DNA from: Kudoa neothunni
Lineage: Eukaryota; Animalia; Cnidaria
Length of the DNA stretch: 64,000 bases
Direction: 5' to 3'
Assembly (NCBI GenBank): GCA_964304625.1
Contig: OZ199838.1
Coordinates: 7,334,035 to 7,398,034 of the forward strand
Shown in pieces: positions 26,185 through 37,747 of the stretch. A program made the position numbers and the translations under genes. The notes under the pieces were generated by a model, which saw only the letters and a list, made by a program, of their open reading frames with translations, did no database searches and had not been told where the DNA came from. Within the stretch, counting starts at the first letter, position 1. Each line of letters opens with the position of its first letter.

Positions 26185-29100
26185 ATGTTATTAGAACCTT
26201 TGTGTGTATATTTTTATTCGCTCCTAATCACATGTGCATGCGAGAATATTGACAATTATTCCAATACATGGGTAGTAAAATTCAAAAATATTGATCCCAA
26301 GAGCGCTGAATCAGTAATCAGCGAAAATGGGTTCAAAAATTTACATATGGTATTTTTATGAGTTCAGCTTTACAGTTTAAATGGTTTATTCTATTTTGGT
26401 TGTAGATGGGGTCCCACCATAACTTATTGTACCATATTAGACATGAAAAAGTGGCTCTAACTGACACGAAACCCTCGCTTCTTACTGAATTGTTGAAAAA
26501 GTCGAAAAAGGTACTTACTATTCTCTATAGTAATTTGTGCGCGCTAATATTTTACACCAAATGAGAACAACTGAGATTACTATTATCGAGCTGATTGAAT
26601 GCTTTTATATTGTTGGTGAGAAATGCTGCTATATTTGTATGGATTACCATCCTGAACACGATGATCAGTCGAAAAATCATCTTATAATTGGCTGGAATAA
26701 CTATATTTTTAACCTAAACGATCTAAAAACAATAATCAACAACACCAATGGAAAATTGTTGGAACCGCATCATTTGGATTTTGACGAAAAACAGCTACTT
26801 ATTTTCAAAATTAGCTATTTGATTGAACGAACAGATTCAGCAACAATAAACTGTGTAATGGTAACCACAAAAAGGGAATACTCACTCAGTTTCGTTAAAG
26901 GAAAGCTGTTAATGGATAGTGTTGAGCGTAAGAGCCACAACGAACCACTTCCGCCCAATGGTTCAATACTTTATCGATCTTTCCTGAAAATTAAAATGCA
27001 TTCTTCGTTTAGCTTGGAGAGATTTAAAGAAATGCTGGTGAAATCAGTCATTGAACGGTTATATGATAAAAATACCGATCGAAATATCCATATCATTCTT
27101 CCCAATTTTATGTATAATAATAACGATACCGTTAAAAACTTTCAATCTTCGAAATTGACAAGGACTGATTCCCGAAAGATGATGAGTGATTTGAATACAT
27201 ATGAAAGTAATCCCCACTCTAATACAAGTTATACACCGTACAAATATGTTGAGGGAGATGGTGTAAATAACTCACCGAAATCCTTATCTTTAACCCAATC
27301 ACTCAATGAATCATACCTACATAACGAACTGGTTGTTGCCAAACTTGAAGATATTACGTATATTCGCCAAAACCGGAAGAAATTTCAATATGTCGGTCAA
27401 TTCAATAAACAAGTGTTGATTTTTTCGGAGTATCGAGATGAAAATATTTCTGGAAGTGATCAAAAAGTAAATTCGAGCTTCCTGTTAGTAGACCAACACG
27501 CTGCACATGAAAGGATACGTCTTGAATACTTTTACAAACAAATACAGTGTTTGAAGAAAAATCCCAATTTATTGACCACCTTGAATAATCCCATAGTTTT
27601 GAAGGGAAAATCTAGAAAACTCATTAACGTAATTTATAAATTGTTACACTTATTTTTGGAAAATGGTCTTGATATTATTTGCTATCGATCCACCAATCAA
27701 ATAATTATCAAAAGATGTCTACCATTTTATTCAGAAAATATTTCCTTATTTGTTAACTGTATAGAAAACGTGTTTGAGTGTGTGTATTGTTACCAAAATG
27801 AAATTATGTTCAATATGGAAATTAACTCGTTTCTGAAGAAATTATCATGCTGTAGCGCAATCAAGTTCAACCAGATTGTATCAAGAAAAAAAGCTCTTTT
27901 AATTTTTAATTCTTTATTCAAATGTTCCTACCCTCAGTATTGTTCTCATGGACGCAATAGCATAGCTCTCTTAAAAAATTAGCGTTTATTAAATTTTTTA
28001 TCAAAGGTTGTTTGGGTTGAACAGCAAAAAATTCAAGAACGTTTCAAAAGAGATTACATTCCTACTGACCCAAATTTTAAAGATATGTGGTATTTGGTAT
28101 ATTTATTTTCGTTAAAATTGGCCGTTATTTATTTGTGATCCAATTACTAACCTATGACTACATCTTTAGCATAACACAGGACAATCGAGTGGACCTGCAG
28201 GAGTAGACATCAATGTGATTCCTGTTTGGTCTCAGAATATCACAGGACGTGGTGTAGTTATATCAGTCCTTGATGATGGTAAGTTATCTATTAGAAATAC
28301 CTGTTTGATATTCACGCATAATCGTTAAATAGGTGTGGACTACACGCATCCTGATCTTATGGAAAATTATGTGAGTGCAATGTGAAGTTTTTCTTTATGA
28401 ACTTGAAACATTCCGATAGGATACAAGAGCTAGCTTTGATTTTAATGACCATGATTCCGATCCCATGCCTAGGGATTCAGACCCCGATAATTGGTACGAT
28501 TGTTCGAAATACTGAATGAGTTGGTTATTAGAATTTATTATGTCATTATCATATTTCAGTTCTTTTACGATAACTAATTTTTTTGGATCACCTAAAATAT
28601 TTTAATTGAAAAATGATTATAACCTGCGATTATTTTTAGCCATGGAACGAGATGTGCTGGCGAAGCAGTGGCTACTGCCAACAACGGCATTTGTGGAGTG
28701 GGTGTAGCTTTTAATGCCAAAATTGGAGGTAAAACGTGATGTACTTCTCACCGTTAAGCATCTTTACAGGAGTACGGATGTTGGACGGCAGTGCAACGGA
28801 CGCACTGGAAGCTAGTTCATTAGGATTCCGGAACGATTACATTGATATCTATGTAAATTGTTGGGGTCCAAAAGATGATGGAAAAACCTTTGGTAAACCT
28901 GGTCCACTTGCAGCTAAGGCACTTAAAGAAGGTGCTGAAAAGGTATTTTTGATTTTTTTCTGTCAGAAACATCATTGATAATGTCAAGGGACGAAAGGGA
29001 CTTGGGTCACTCTATGTATGGGCCACAGGAAATGGAGGTCTCACTGATGATGACTGCAATTGTGATGGTTACACCACAAGTATATACACCATCAGTGTTG

Positions 29101-30487
29101 GCTGTATTGGTGACCACGGGCTTTCTGCATACTACACCGAAAAATGTTCTTCCACAATTGCAGTAACATTCAACGGAGCGTCACACCGGGAAGGAAAAGA
29201 AAACAAAATGGTATTTCTGCAATAATTTCCGAGTTTGAAATTTTCATATCCTCCTTCAAATAGGTTACAACAGATCTCTACCATCAATGCACAACTGAAT
29301 TCAAGGGAACGTCGGCTTCAGCTCCTCTTGCTGCTGGAATTTTGGCACTCGTCCTAGAAGCCAAGTTAATTAATTATTTGATTATGTGTAAAAATTCTAA
29401 ATAGCTCCAAATTAACTTGGAGAGACGTCCAGCATTTGATCGTAAGAACCGCGAAAATAACAAGCCCTCTTGATGAGGGATGGAAAACCAATGGAGCTGG
29501 ACTTCATTTTAATCACAAATTTGGATTTGGCAGAATGGATGCAAAGGCGTTGGTTGACGCGGCTAGAACATGGAATAATGTTCAACCACAGCGTGAATGT
29601 GAAGGATTCTTTGAACATGAAAAAATGTAATTTGTAGAAAGATCGCAATATATAGCTTTATTGGGGTTTAGTAATATCCCCATACGGAACAACCTAGTGA
29701 TCCAATTCAAAACCGACGCTTGTAGCGGAAGAAAAGATGAAATAAAAAAACTTGAGCATGTCGTTATCACTATATCATTGATCCATCGAAGAAGGGGTGA
29801 CTTAAGTGTCGACTTAATTTCTCCGAGTGGAACCAAAAGTCCCATTCTAAGCACAAGAAAGTATGACAACTCTGACGAAGGCCTTGACGAATGGAAATTT
29901 ATGACTGTTCACTTTTGGGGTAATCAAATTATATAGAATTTAAGCATAAACACTTTATAGGAGAAGATCCTTCTGGCACTTGGAGACTTATTATGACAGA
30001 TAGCCATTCGGCTAACAAAGGGGAAGGCGCTAAAGCAGACAACGAAGATATAGCTGAAAAATTGATCGACACCCAAAAAGAGAAACAAATGAAATATGTG
30101 GAGCAACAGCTTTCCTCCGTATATATTTATATAATTAAGCTGAACGTTCTTGTCGAATACATATTGGAATAGGATCCTAAATTTGATTTCCCTTATCCTG
30201 ATGGCGTTAAGCGAAACAAAGTGGGAATCGACGATAAAATTCATTATAGTGTCAGATCGAACATCTCCAGATCTGCGAAATCCAAATTATTATATCCAGG
30301 AATGGAGGATTGGAGTTTCATTAAAAAGGCACTTTTCAACAAAATGAAACCAAGCGAAGAGACTGCAACACAAAGAGTTCAAGTGAGCTCAGGCTATGAT
30401 AACCCTCAAATCAATTGTGTAAATGGAAAAAAGTGTTCTGGCATTGTTATTGATTGGAGCATTACATTTTATGGAACAGAAAAATAA
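26185..30487 (+). CDS. Subtilisin/kexin-like proprotein convertase (cnidarian PC3-like endoprotease), multi-exon
   Basis: Signal peptide [19 protein letters not shown] and prodomain YSNTWVVKF...ENGFKNL (exons 26185-26349, 26406-26510) splice in phase 0 to [15 protein letters not shown] (exon from 28007). Catalytic VLDDG, HGTRCAG and GTSASAP; oxyanion WATGNGG; P-domain RRGDL; ends [29 protein letters not shown] closely resembles Hydra PC3-like enzyme (from memory). Confidence 0.93.
26561..27982 (+). CDS. MLH3: MutL homolog MLH3-like, intronless, nested in intron 2 of the convertase; N-terminal ATPase domain degenerate
   Basis: 473-aa ORF from ATG 26561. It has [26 protein letters not shown] (MLH3-type DQHA-X2-E-X4-E), SCCSAIKFN (cf. 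ACHGAIKFN) and [11 protein letters not shown] (cf. PFQCAHGRPS). Confidence 0.85.
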   Translation: MRTTEITIIELIECFYIVGEKCCYICMDYHPEHDDQSKNHLIIGWNNYIFNLNDLKTIINNTNGKLLEPHHLDFDEKQLLIFKISYLIERTDSATINCVMVTTKREYSLSFVKGKLLMDSVERKSHNEPLPPNGSILYRSFLKIKMHSSFSLERFKEMLVKSVIERLYDKNTDRNIHIILPNFMYNNNDTVKNFQSSKLTRTDSRKMMSDLNTYESNPHSNTSYTPYKYVEGDGVNNSPKSLSLTQSLNESYLHNELVVAKLEDITYIRQNRKKFQYVGQFNKQVLIFSEYRDENISGSDQKVNSSFLLVDQHAAHERIRLEYFYKQIQCLKKNPNLLTTLNNPIVLKGKSRKLINVIYKLLHLFLENGLDIICYRSTNQIIIKRCLPFYSENISLFVNCIENVFECVYCYQNEIMFNMEINSFLKKLSCCSAIKFNQIVSRKKALLIFNSLFKCSYPQYCSHGRNSIALLKN

Positions 30488-30899
30488 TGCAATAAAATTT
30501 TACATTATATATATATACTAATTTAATTAAAATCATTATTCAATGGCTTTTTTATCTTTTCTATTTTGAGATATTTTGATACGCATCGAATAATTTGCAT
30601 GTAAGCTAAATAATTTTTCATGTTCATAATCATAGAAAAGTAGATTAAACTGTTGTTGGTATATTAGTTGACTTTTATTTTATCCCATAAATATATATAG
30701 AGAAGTAGTGTTCGTTTGTGATTACTCACAAACCCACTCTTTATACTTTATACAGCCTTTAGAATTCATTCGAATTGATAAATACACTTTAGAAAATAAA
30801 TTATTTATTATAAATTTAAAAAGTCATCATGTTGTAGATAGATACTGTATTTTCTGTTTTTAAAAAAAATAGTAACATATTTTTTACGTGATTGCATCA

Positions 30900-31900
30900 T
30901 CAATAGTTTGTTTGTCTTTTCCAATAAGTAGAAAGCAATAATAAAAATTAAACTTTTGATTTTGATTTTGAAGACTTAAAGCTGTTTTAAAACAATGTGC
31001 TACGCAAATATTGCATATTAAAGCTACCGCTTCAACATAATCAATGCGAATAGTACATACGTAAAAAAAATAATCTCGATGAAACCTTCGTTTCAAATGG
31101 TCCCGTATTTTCCAAATATATTTTTCAGAAACAAAGGAAATAATTGTCTGGAAATAGATGTAATATCTGTTGTTGTCGGTAATTTACGGAAAAGGTACGT
31201 TAAAACAATTTTTATCGAAGTTTTAATGGTCACCTCAACCCTTACCAGACAATCGTTCGGTAATATAATAATACTTAAATATTTTGTTCGAGCAGATTGT
31301 TGTTTCAACGAAGGCGAATTTAAAGAATCGAGGCGTTTCCCTTATCGTTGCCGAATTGTCTGACTTTAAAAATAGACTCTTACTTAACATTAAAGTTTTT
31401 TGATGTTGATAACAGAGCCAAAAAAGAATCATTACGCTTGATTAAAATATCTAAATGAGTGAAATATTATAACAATTGTAAATAAGGTGTCAGAATTGTT
31501 ACTAAAGTATGAAATTATCTACGAAAAATGTACGGTTATCGTATCGGATTCTGCACAATATATTAAAAAATATTTTAATAACATGCCGCCCGCATCTAAC
31601 CACATTAGCCAAACATATTGTTATTTTTACCTGATTCATGATACAATAAACTAATTAATTGATCCAGTCTTACCTAATATAAAGCGATTCTGTATAGAAT
31701 TTTTGTCTTTAATTGCTAGGAATAAACCTACTAAAACTCAATTCCTATATTTTATTCACAAAAATGAACTATAATATACAAAAACAATTCTGCTTGTAAT
31801 CAATATAAGATGGTAAAGTTTGTATAACTACAATTTAACTTGTCTTGAATATTTGTTTAAACTACATTTTATATCGAATCAACATATAACATAATAATGA
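30900..31900 (+). mobile_element. Degraded hAT/CGGBP1-like transposase remnant; boundaries approximate
   Basis: Fragments LKNRGVSLIVAELSDFKNRLLLNI (cf. IxVDETTD..R..LN) and YEKCTVIVSDSAQYIKK...HISQTYCYFYLIH (cf. SDAAxYMxKA...C.AH.LH); many stops. Confidence 0.5.
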
Positions 31901-32338
31901 TAGTAATAACAATAGTATCCCGCCCTCACTCCTCTTTGATTAAAAAGAGAAACATTATTGGATATTTGACCGAAATTATCGAATTGTTTATTAATGGCAT
32001 TGGCTATTGCCACGCTAGTGTATAATCCCACGTCGAGGCTGTCTATCGCCACAAAAACAAATTTCTCCTAATTCTGAGAATATTTAGACCTATAATTTTC
32101 TTTATTACTTAAACATATCTTTATCTATTAAATTTTAAATTATCGCCTTAAAATTTACTATATAGATTTTACGATAAAATCAGTTTATTTATATACACAA
32201 AATGACCGTTGAAACAATTTTTGATTCTATATTATCATAATTGAGTATTTCTAGACTGTTTTGGGCCCTAATTCGATGCTCCATCCTCAAATCGACCTAA
32301 CTACATCAAATCTATTATAAGTACACAACCTGTATGTG

Positions 32339-32364
32339 CATACATACATACATACATACATACA
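32339..32364. repeat. (CATA)n microsatellite, possibly part of a DINE-1/Helentron-type interspersed element
   Basis: About six CATA units followed by a T-run. Confidence 0.8.
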
Positions 32365-34880
32365 TTTTTTTTGTTCGTTAAAAGATATTTTACCTGACCT
32401 TTTCGGGTGCTTTAAAATGGATAACTCTGAAAAAGAGTGATAAAATGTTATGAAAATTAACTTACATAATTTGTAATAATTATAATTATGAATTACGTTT
32501 ATTTAATATTAATGATTATAAATAATGAATAATTTTTCCCGCATTAATGTGAATTTTTTAAGATATTTATAATATGCGAAAATAAGAAATAATATACGGC
32601 AGTGCTGAGAATGATATCTTTGTAGTGGAGAGAAGATTTATCTCGTTTCATTAACTAGAAGATACTTTAAGTCATACAAAAAAAATCGTTATGTAACTTA
32701 ATAGATAGAAATTAAAAAAATTATTTATGTCAAACATGTTCTCTTCCAAACAGTTTAATGGGAAATTAAAATACTGTTATATTTAGTACATTTGTTATTT
32801 TGGCAACCATATTGCAATAGACCAAAGGGTGTAAGAGAGGCTGAAACTTTGTGAGGCACCTGTCAGACTCATACTAAGGTAGGGGTCAACTTGGATGGAA
32901 AAAAACTTGAAGTAAAATTTTTACACCTAGCACATAACCACGGAATAAATCAAGTTTTCTTCAAATGTACCACCGCTACAACGTAAATTAGATCGCAATA
33001 ATAAATTAATTTCTGCTTGCCAATGAATAAATGGCTGCATTCTAAAATACCATAGGAAACGGGTGTAATAATTACACCCAAATCCATACATTATACGAAA
33101 AAAGAATCTTCCTACGTAATTAAATAAACTATTTCTATAAGATTTTAACTCTGGATCATGACTGTGATGTTTAGAATTCTTACTGAAGAATGCGAATCGG
33201 CTATGTGCAATAATATTTATAGAGGATGAGATGAAGGTTTTTTTTGCGAGAACTACTTATGTTGATACAACCTAAAAATCATTGGAACCACGATAAAAAA
33301 CTCAATATTCATAATTTATTTTTTAAACGCTAAATTTTATTAGAGTTTCTTCAACGTTCCCAATACCTAATAGTTAACGATTTTTCCCTGGAACGAGCCA
33401 TATAAGTAGTGCATGTATTATTTATAAAAAAAGTTATTTAAACTAGTATATTAATGAATTAATATCTACTCTGTCATCGATAAAGCAGAAGGTACTTTCT
33501 GTAATCACCAGAAAAGATTTGAAACTCTCGAAAATCTTGAAAAACAATTATCTGAATGCTAAACTAATTATATGTAAATTTCACGTTTGAAAAATTTTTG
33601 AGTGGTAGATATTGCCTTTAAATGTATAATATCACGCGTGATTTAAAATATTTGATGTTAGAAATTCTTCAAAAAATAATGTTCGTTAGAAATTAAGATG
33701 ATTATCAGAAAATGTGCACCGAACGTAACAGCTAAACGTTGAGGATTTTAATTTGTATTTTAAAAAGAATTGGTATCCAATTAGGTCACAGTCGATTAAT
33801 TTATCAGACAATATAAAATCAACCAAATCTATTGGAATTCTAAGGTTTTAGTTTCAATGTGTCTTCCTACTTTTTGCAGATGCTACATTTTCTAAAAAGC
33901 CTAAAGCAGTATGAAGACTAAGGGATTGTTGAATGAATGCAATCGGGAAGAAAAGAAATAATAAACTACATAATTGAATTATAATAAAGTTTACTCGTGT
34001 GTTGTCAATCATTCTTGTGTAATGCTTTCTATTTATCATAAAATTCAAAGATACTAAATGTTCAATCAATGATTATATGATCCCTATTTATGACTTACGA
34101 ATTCGATGTTGTGCTTGAGATATCTATTAGTTATTTTTCAACTTCTTAAATAAACAAGTTTATCATCTAAGTATTTTATAAAAATTAATTAACTGGACAA
34201 CAAGTGAGAAAAATAAACAGCTTTATGATACGTAGGCCAAACATGTGACGAATGAATTTTCATATGAAAATTAGAATTTTTATATTAAAAAGGTCTCATT
34301 ACAAATATGGAAACGGAACTATATAATATTGTGTGGCTATGGAGAAATTCGTTTTCGTGGCAATAGACGGCCCCGACATGCGGTTATGCGCTAGCGTGAT
34401 ATAGGGTTTCTCGATCTAACTCGACACTTTTGCAATCATGCTCGATAATTTTAAGGTTAAAAAATCAACCCTAATTATTTCGTGGCGTATAATTTTTTTA
34501 AATTAAGAAGTTTCTTCAAAGTTTTTATTCATAAACTTATGATAGACGAAAATACGTGTGTAACAAAGAATGATGCCTTCTGTGTTTTCAAATTACGACT
34601 ATAACTTGAATAAGTATGCAATTCTCAAATAAACATAAAATATTTTTTTAAAATAAAAAAATTAAAGTAATGTAGTGACCATGACATTTATTAAATTTTT
34701 CGTTATGAACACACCAATACGACAGAATTACATTGTTTTCGTAGTAGATGGAATACATAAACCCCCAAAGTAAATATTTTAACTTGATTTAACAAATTTT
34801 TTATTCTGCACGAAATAGTAATTTTTTAAATCAACACCTTAGGATAAATTCAACGAATTTTATTATTTGGCTATTATAAC

Positions 34881-35088
34881 TGTCATAATCCGAGAATCAC
34901 GATCCCTCACAATAAAGAGGGAAGTCGTTCCCGGGTGGGAGACCCGGTGCAGGACGAGGGGAGGCCCACGCTACACGGATATATATACATAGACACGACT
35001 AAACTGGGAGGAATACCATCCCTACCTTTAGTCTATTTTATTCCAGTTCTCTTTTTTTTTTGTGCAGCCTTAATCCCAAACTATAACA
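34881..35088. mobile_element. Solo LTR (208 bp)
   Basis: TGTCATA...TATAACA termini, perfect 5-bp TSD ATAAC (34876-34880, 35089-35093), GC-richer than its flanks. Confidence 0.8.
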
Positions 35089-35545
35089 ATAACCTTGTGT
35101 ATTTTTAACATAATATGGATATAATTGAATTAACTTTTTATTATTAATTAAATAAAAAATGTATGGATAAGAAATTTGATCTTTGATATAATATTAAATA
35201 CAATATTTGCTACTTCTCAAAACATCGATGAAGAAAACAATCAGTAAAATTCAGAATGTTACTTATTATGTAAAGCATAATATTTAGAATTTTGATACAT
35301 TGCATTGATTAAATGGAAAAACATAACACAAACATAAAAAAGGATGTGTAATCAATGGGTATTTCTTAAACTTCAAGGATTTAATTAGTTTTTTTTTGCT
35401 TTTAAACATTATCATTTATTTTCCAATAAAAATCTGAATTTCTGAATATAATGTTGTATCAAGATTACTGTTTCCACGTTATTTAACAAATGTGCCATGT
35501 TGTAGCACAAATTTACCACGCTATTTACATTAAATAGTATTAGTT

Positions 35546-36642
35546 ATGGATCACCACCACAGTAATATTGAGAGCATGTCTGATTCAGATTCCTGTGAAC
35601 ATGAAACTTCTCTTGTTCAAGTATCGAAGCAGGAACGGAAGCAAAGGACGACGATTTCCATGAGTAAAAGGGAGAAAATACATGGGCTTGTTCTTTTAGG
35701 GATGAGTACTACTGCAATTGCCTCCCAAATTAAGTTACCAAGGTCAACCGTGGCCACAATAATTTCGAAGTTCCAAAAGACAGGAGACATCGAACCAAAA
35801 CTTAGAGGAGGCGACAAACGCTCTATTTTGTTATTAGAGCAGAAAGAGAAAATTATTTCATGGGTGGACGAAAACTCCATGGTAACGCCAAAGGAGCTCA
35901 AACAAAAGGTTTTGGATGAATTCAATTTAATCGTGTCTATTAGCACCATAGATCGAGTGATTGGTGAATTTCACCACACATTCAAAACTTTAGTGACTGT
36001 GCCCGAAAGGAGAAATTGCGAATCCACCTTGGAAAAAAGGAAAGAATACGCAGACATGTTTCGCAATTTGGAAGTATCAGAGCGACATGAAAGCATAATT
36101 TTTTTAGATGAAGTTGGCTTTGCAGTCGTTATCAGACCAAAGCGAGGTAGGTCGCTAAGAGGCACATCTGCTTACGCCTTCGTCAGTGCCGCCAGGAGCA
36201 GAGATATTTCTGTGATTTCTGCCATTAATAAAAATTCCATTATTTACCACAAGATTCACGACAAAGCTGTCACCGGTGAAGATTTTAAACATTGCCTCAT
36301 CGAATTAAAAAACGCTTGTATGGGAAAGAGGATAGAAAACCCGGTATTCGTTATGGACAATGCTAGAATACACCATTACAAAGGTCTCGAAACGGTGATT
36401 TAGGAAGAAAATTTAAACATTAAATTTTTTTCCCCCATATTCACCTTTCTTGAATCCGATTGAAAATGTATTTTCAGTCTGGAAAAATTTAGTGATAAGA
36501 AGACAGCAAAAATGAAAACGAACTGAGGATGGCAATATCTGAATGTTTTCAAGAAATCACTCCTAATCACTGCGATAGTTTCTATCGCAAAATGTTAGGC
36601 TATCTTTCCAGGTCGTCTCGGCGGGAGATAATCTTAGAATAA
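35546..36642 (+). pseudogene. Tc1/IS630-like transposase with premature stop and frameshifts
   Basis: HTH-like N-terminus, IFLDEVGF and VMDNARIHH, then TAG at 36401-36403. After a frameshift it continues PPYSPFLNPIENVFSVWK. Confidence 0.9.
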
Positions 36643-37747
36643 ACTATATTCAGAATCATTAATGATTATTTTAGAAAAATTTATTGGTGTTTTTTTCGCT
36701 GTGTGTGTTGTGTCGAGTTTGATTGCAACAATGTCGAGTTAGGCTGCAAAATAGTCGTTCTTGATAGAAAAACCCTATAATAGCCACTGCCTATTGGCTA
36801 TTTTATTTGTATCCCCGAATTGTTTAAATTCCCTTAGAGTGCTATTTAAAAAGTTATTGCTTGACCGTGAGATTTTTCGGGATTGAATTCTGGCCCGGCC
36901 CAGAAAGCTCATGCACAACTGTCCATGGGAGATAACAAAATATATAAAGATAGAAAATATAAAAAAATTAATTTTTGTTGCTCAAATAAATATCCTTTGG
37001 TCCGGCATAAACTTTAGTGCGCCTTTTCCCACAAACAACCACAAATCGTGTCAGTATCAATAAAACTGATTCAATTCATCGGATGAAGAAAAAGTACAAC
37101 CATATGCATTGAATTTAATCACTGAAAGTTCAACATACCGGACGATTCCAATGAAATCTATGTGCACGGTATCTGCATTACAATGCATCAATCCATCTGA
37201 TTATGACATAACCATCAACTCGCTATAAATAATGTAAATATAGACTTTTTGTCATATCTGAAACCGTTAATGGAACTTTCAAAATATGCTTATCAAGTCA
37301 AATACGTTAACCTACCGAAATAAGGAATGTATTTGTGCAAACACTCAAATTGACACTCCAACCTTGCATATAAAGATATATGACATTGTTTAATTGATAT
37401 TTGACAAAGAATATAAGGGGAAGTTAACTTTAACTGACCATCACTATGACATACGCTGGTTTTAACCCTATTGTTGCACTTGGTAATCCGTTAAACAAAC
37501 TTTGAATCGACAAAATCACTATATTACCAACATTTCTTAGGTCGTTTAGCCCAGTAAAAATAATTTAAAGATTTTTCGAAACATAATTTTTTAAAAATCT
37601 CACAAATATCTATATAAGGGGAAAAATTTATCGCACATGCGTACTTACTGACACACACAGGGTTGCCAGCGGGGTTTTAGAAAAAACCCAAGTTTAAGTA
37701 AAAAATCCCAAGGTCGAGAAAAACTCTAGTTTAAATTACAACAAAAA

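Larger units (their letters stand above)
34402..36777 (+). mobile_element. Tc1/IS630-family (DD34E-type) transposon
   Basis: TA|TAGGGTTTCTCGATCTAACTCGACA... and ...TGTCGAGTTAG...GATAGAAAAACCCTA|TA termini with internal CTCGACA repeats; TA TSD; encloses the transposase. Confidence 0.85.
31996..36791 (+). mobile_element. Mutator-like (MULE) element whose right TIR is split by a Tc1-like insertion
   Basis: Left TIR GGCATTGGCTATTGCCACGCTAGTGTATAATCCCACGTCGAGGCTGTCTATCGCCACAAAAAC. Its inverted copy lies at ~34352-34401 and continues at 36780-36791 (ATAGCCACTGCC). Internal remnants VITRKDLKLSKILKNNYLNAKLIICKFHV and YFKKNWYPI (~33500-33782). No TSD recognised. Confidence 0.7.

Noticed and set aside
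26185-26510. Exons immediately upstream of the MLH3 ORF as its missing 5' exons
   Set aside because: They encode a signal peptide and convertase prodomain. Splicing them to either nearby AG (26530 or 26565) gives an immediate in-frame stop, whereas splicing to 28007 restores the prodomain.
33061-33079. GGGTGTAAT-A-ATTACACCC palindrome
   Set aside because: Short and inside transposon debris; similar to the subterminal motif near 6683, so most likely a transposon remnant.
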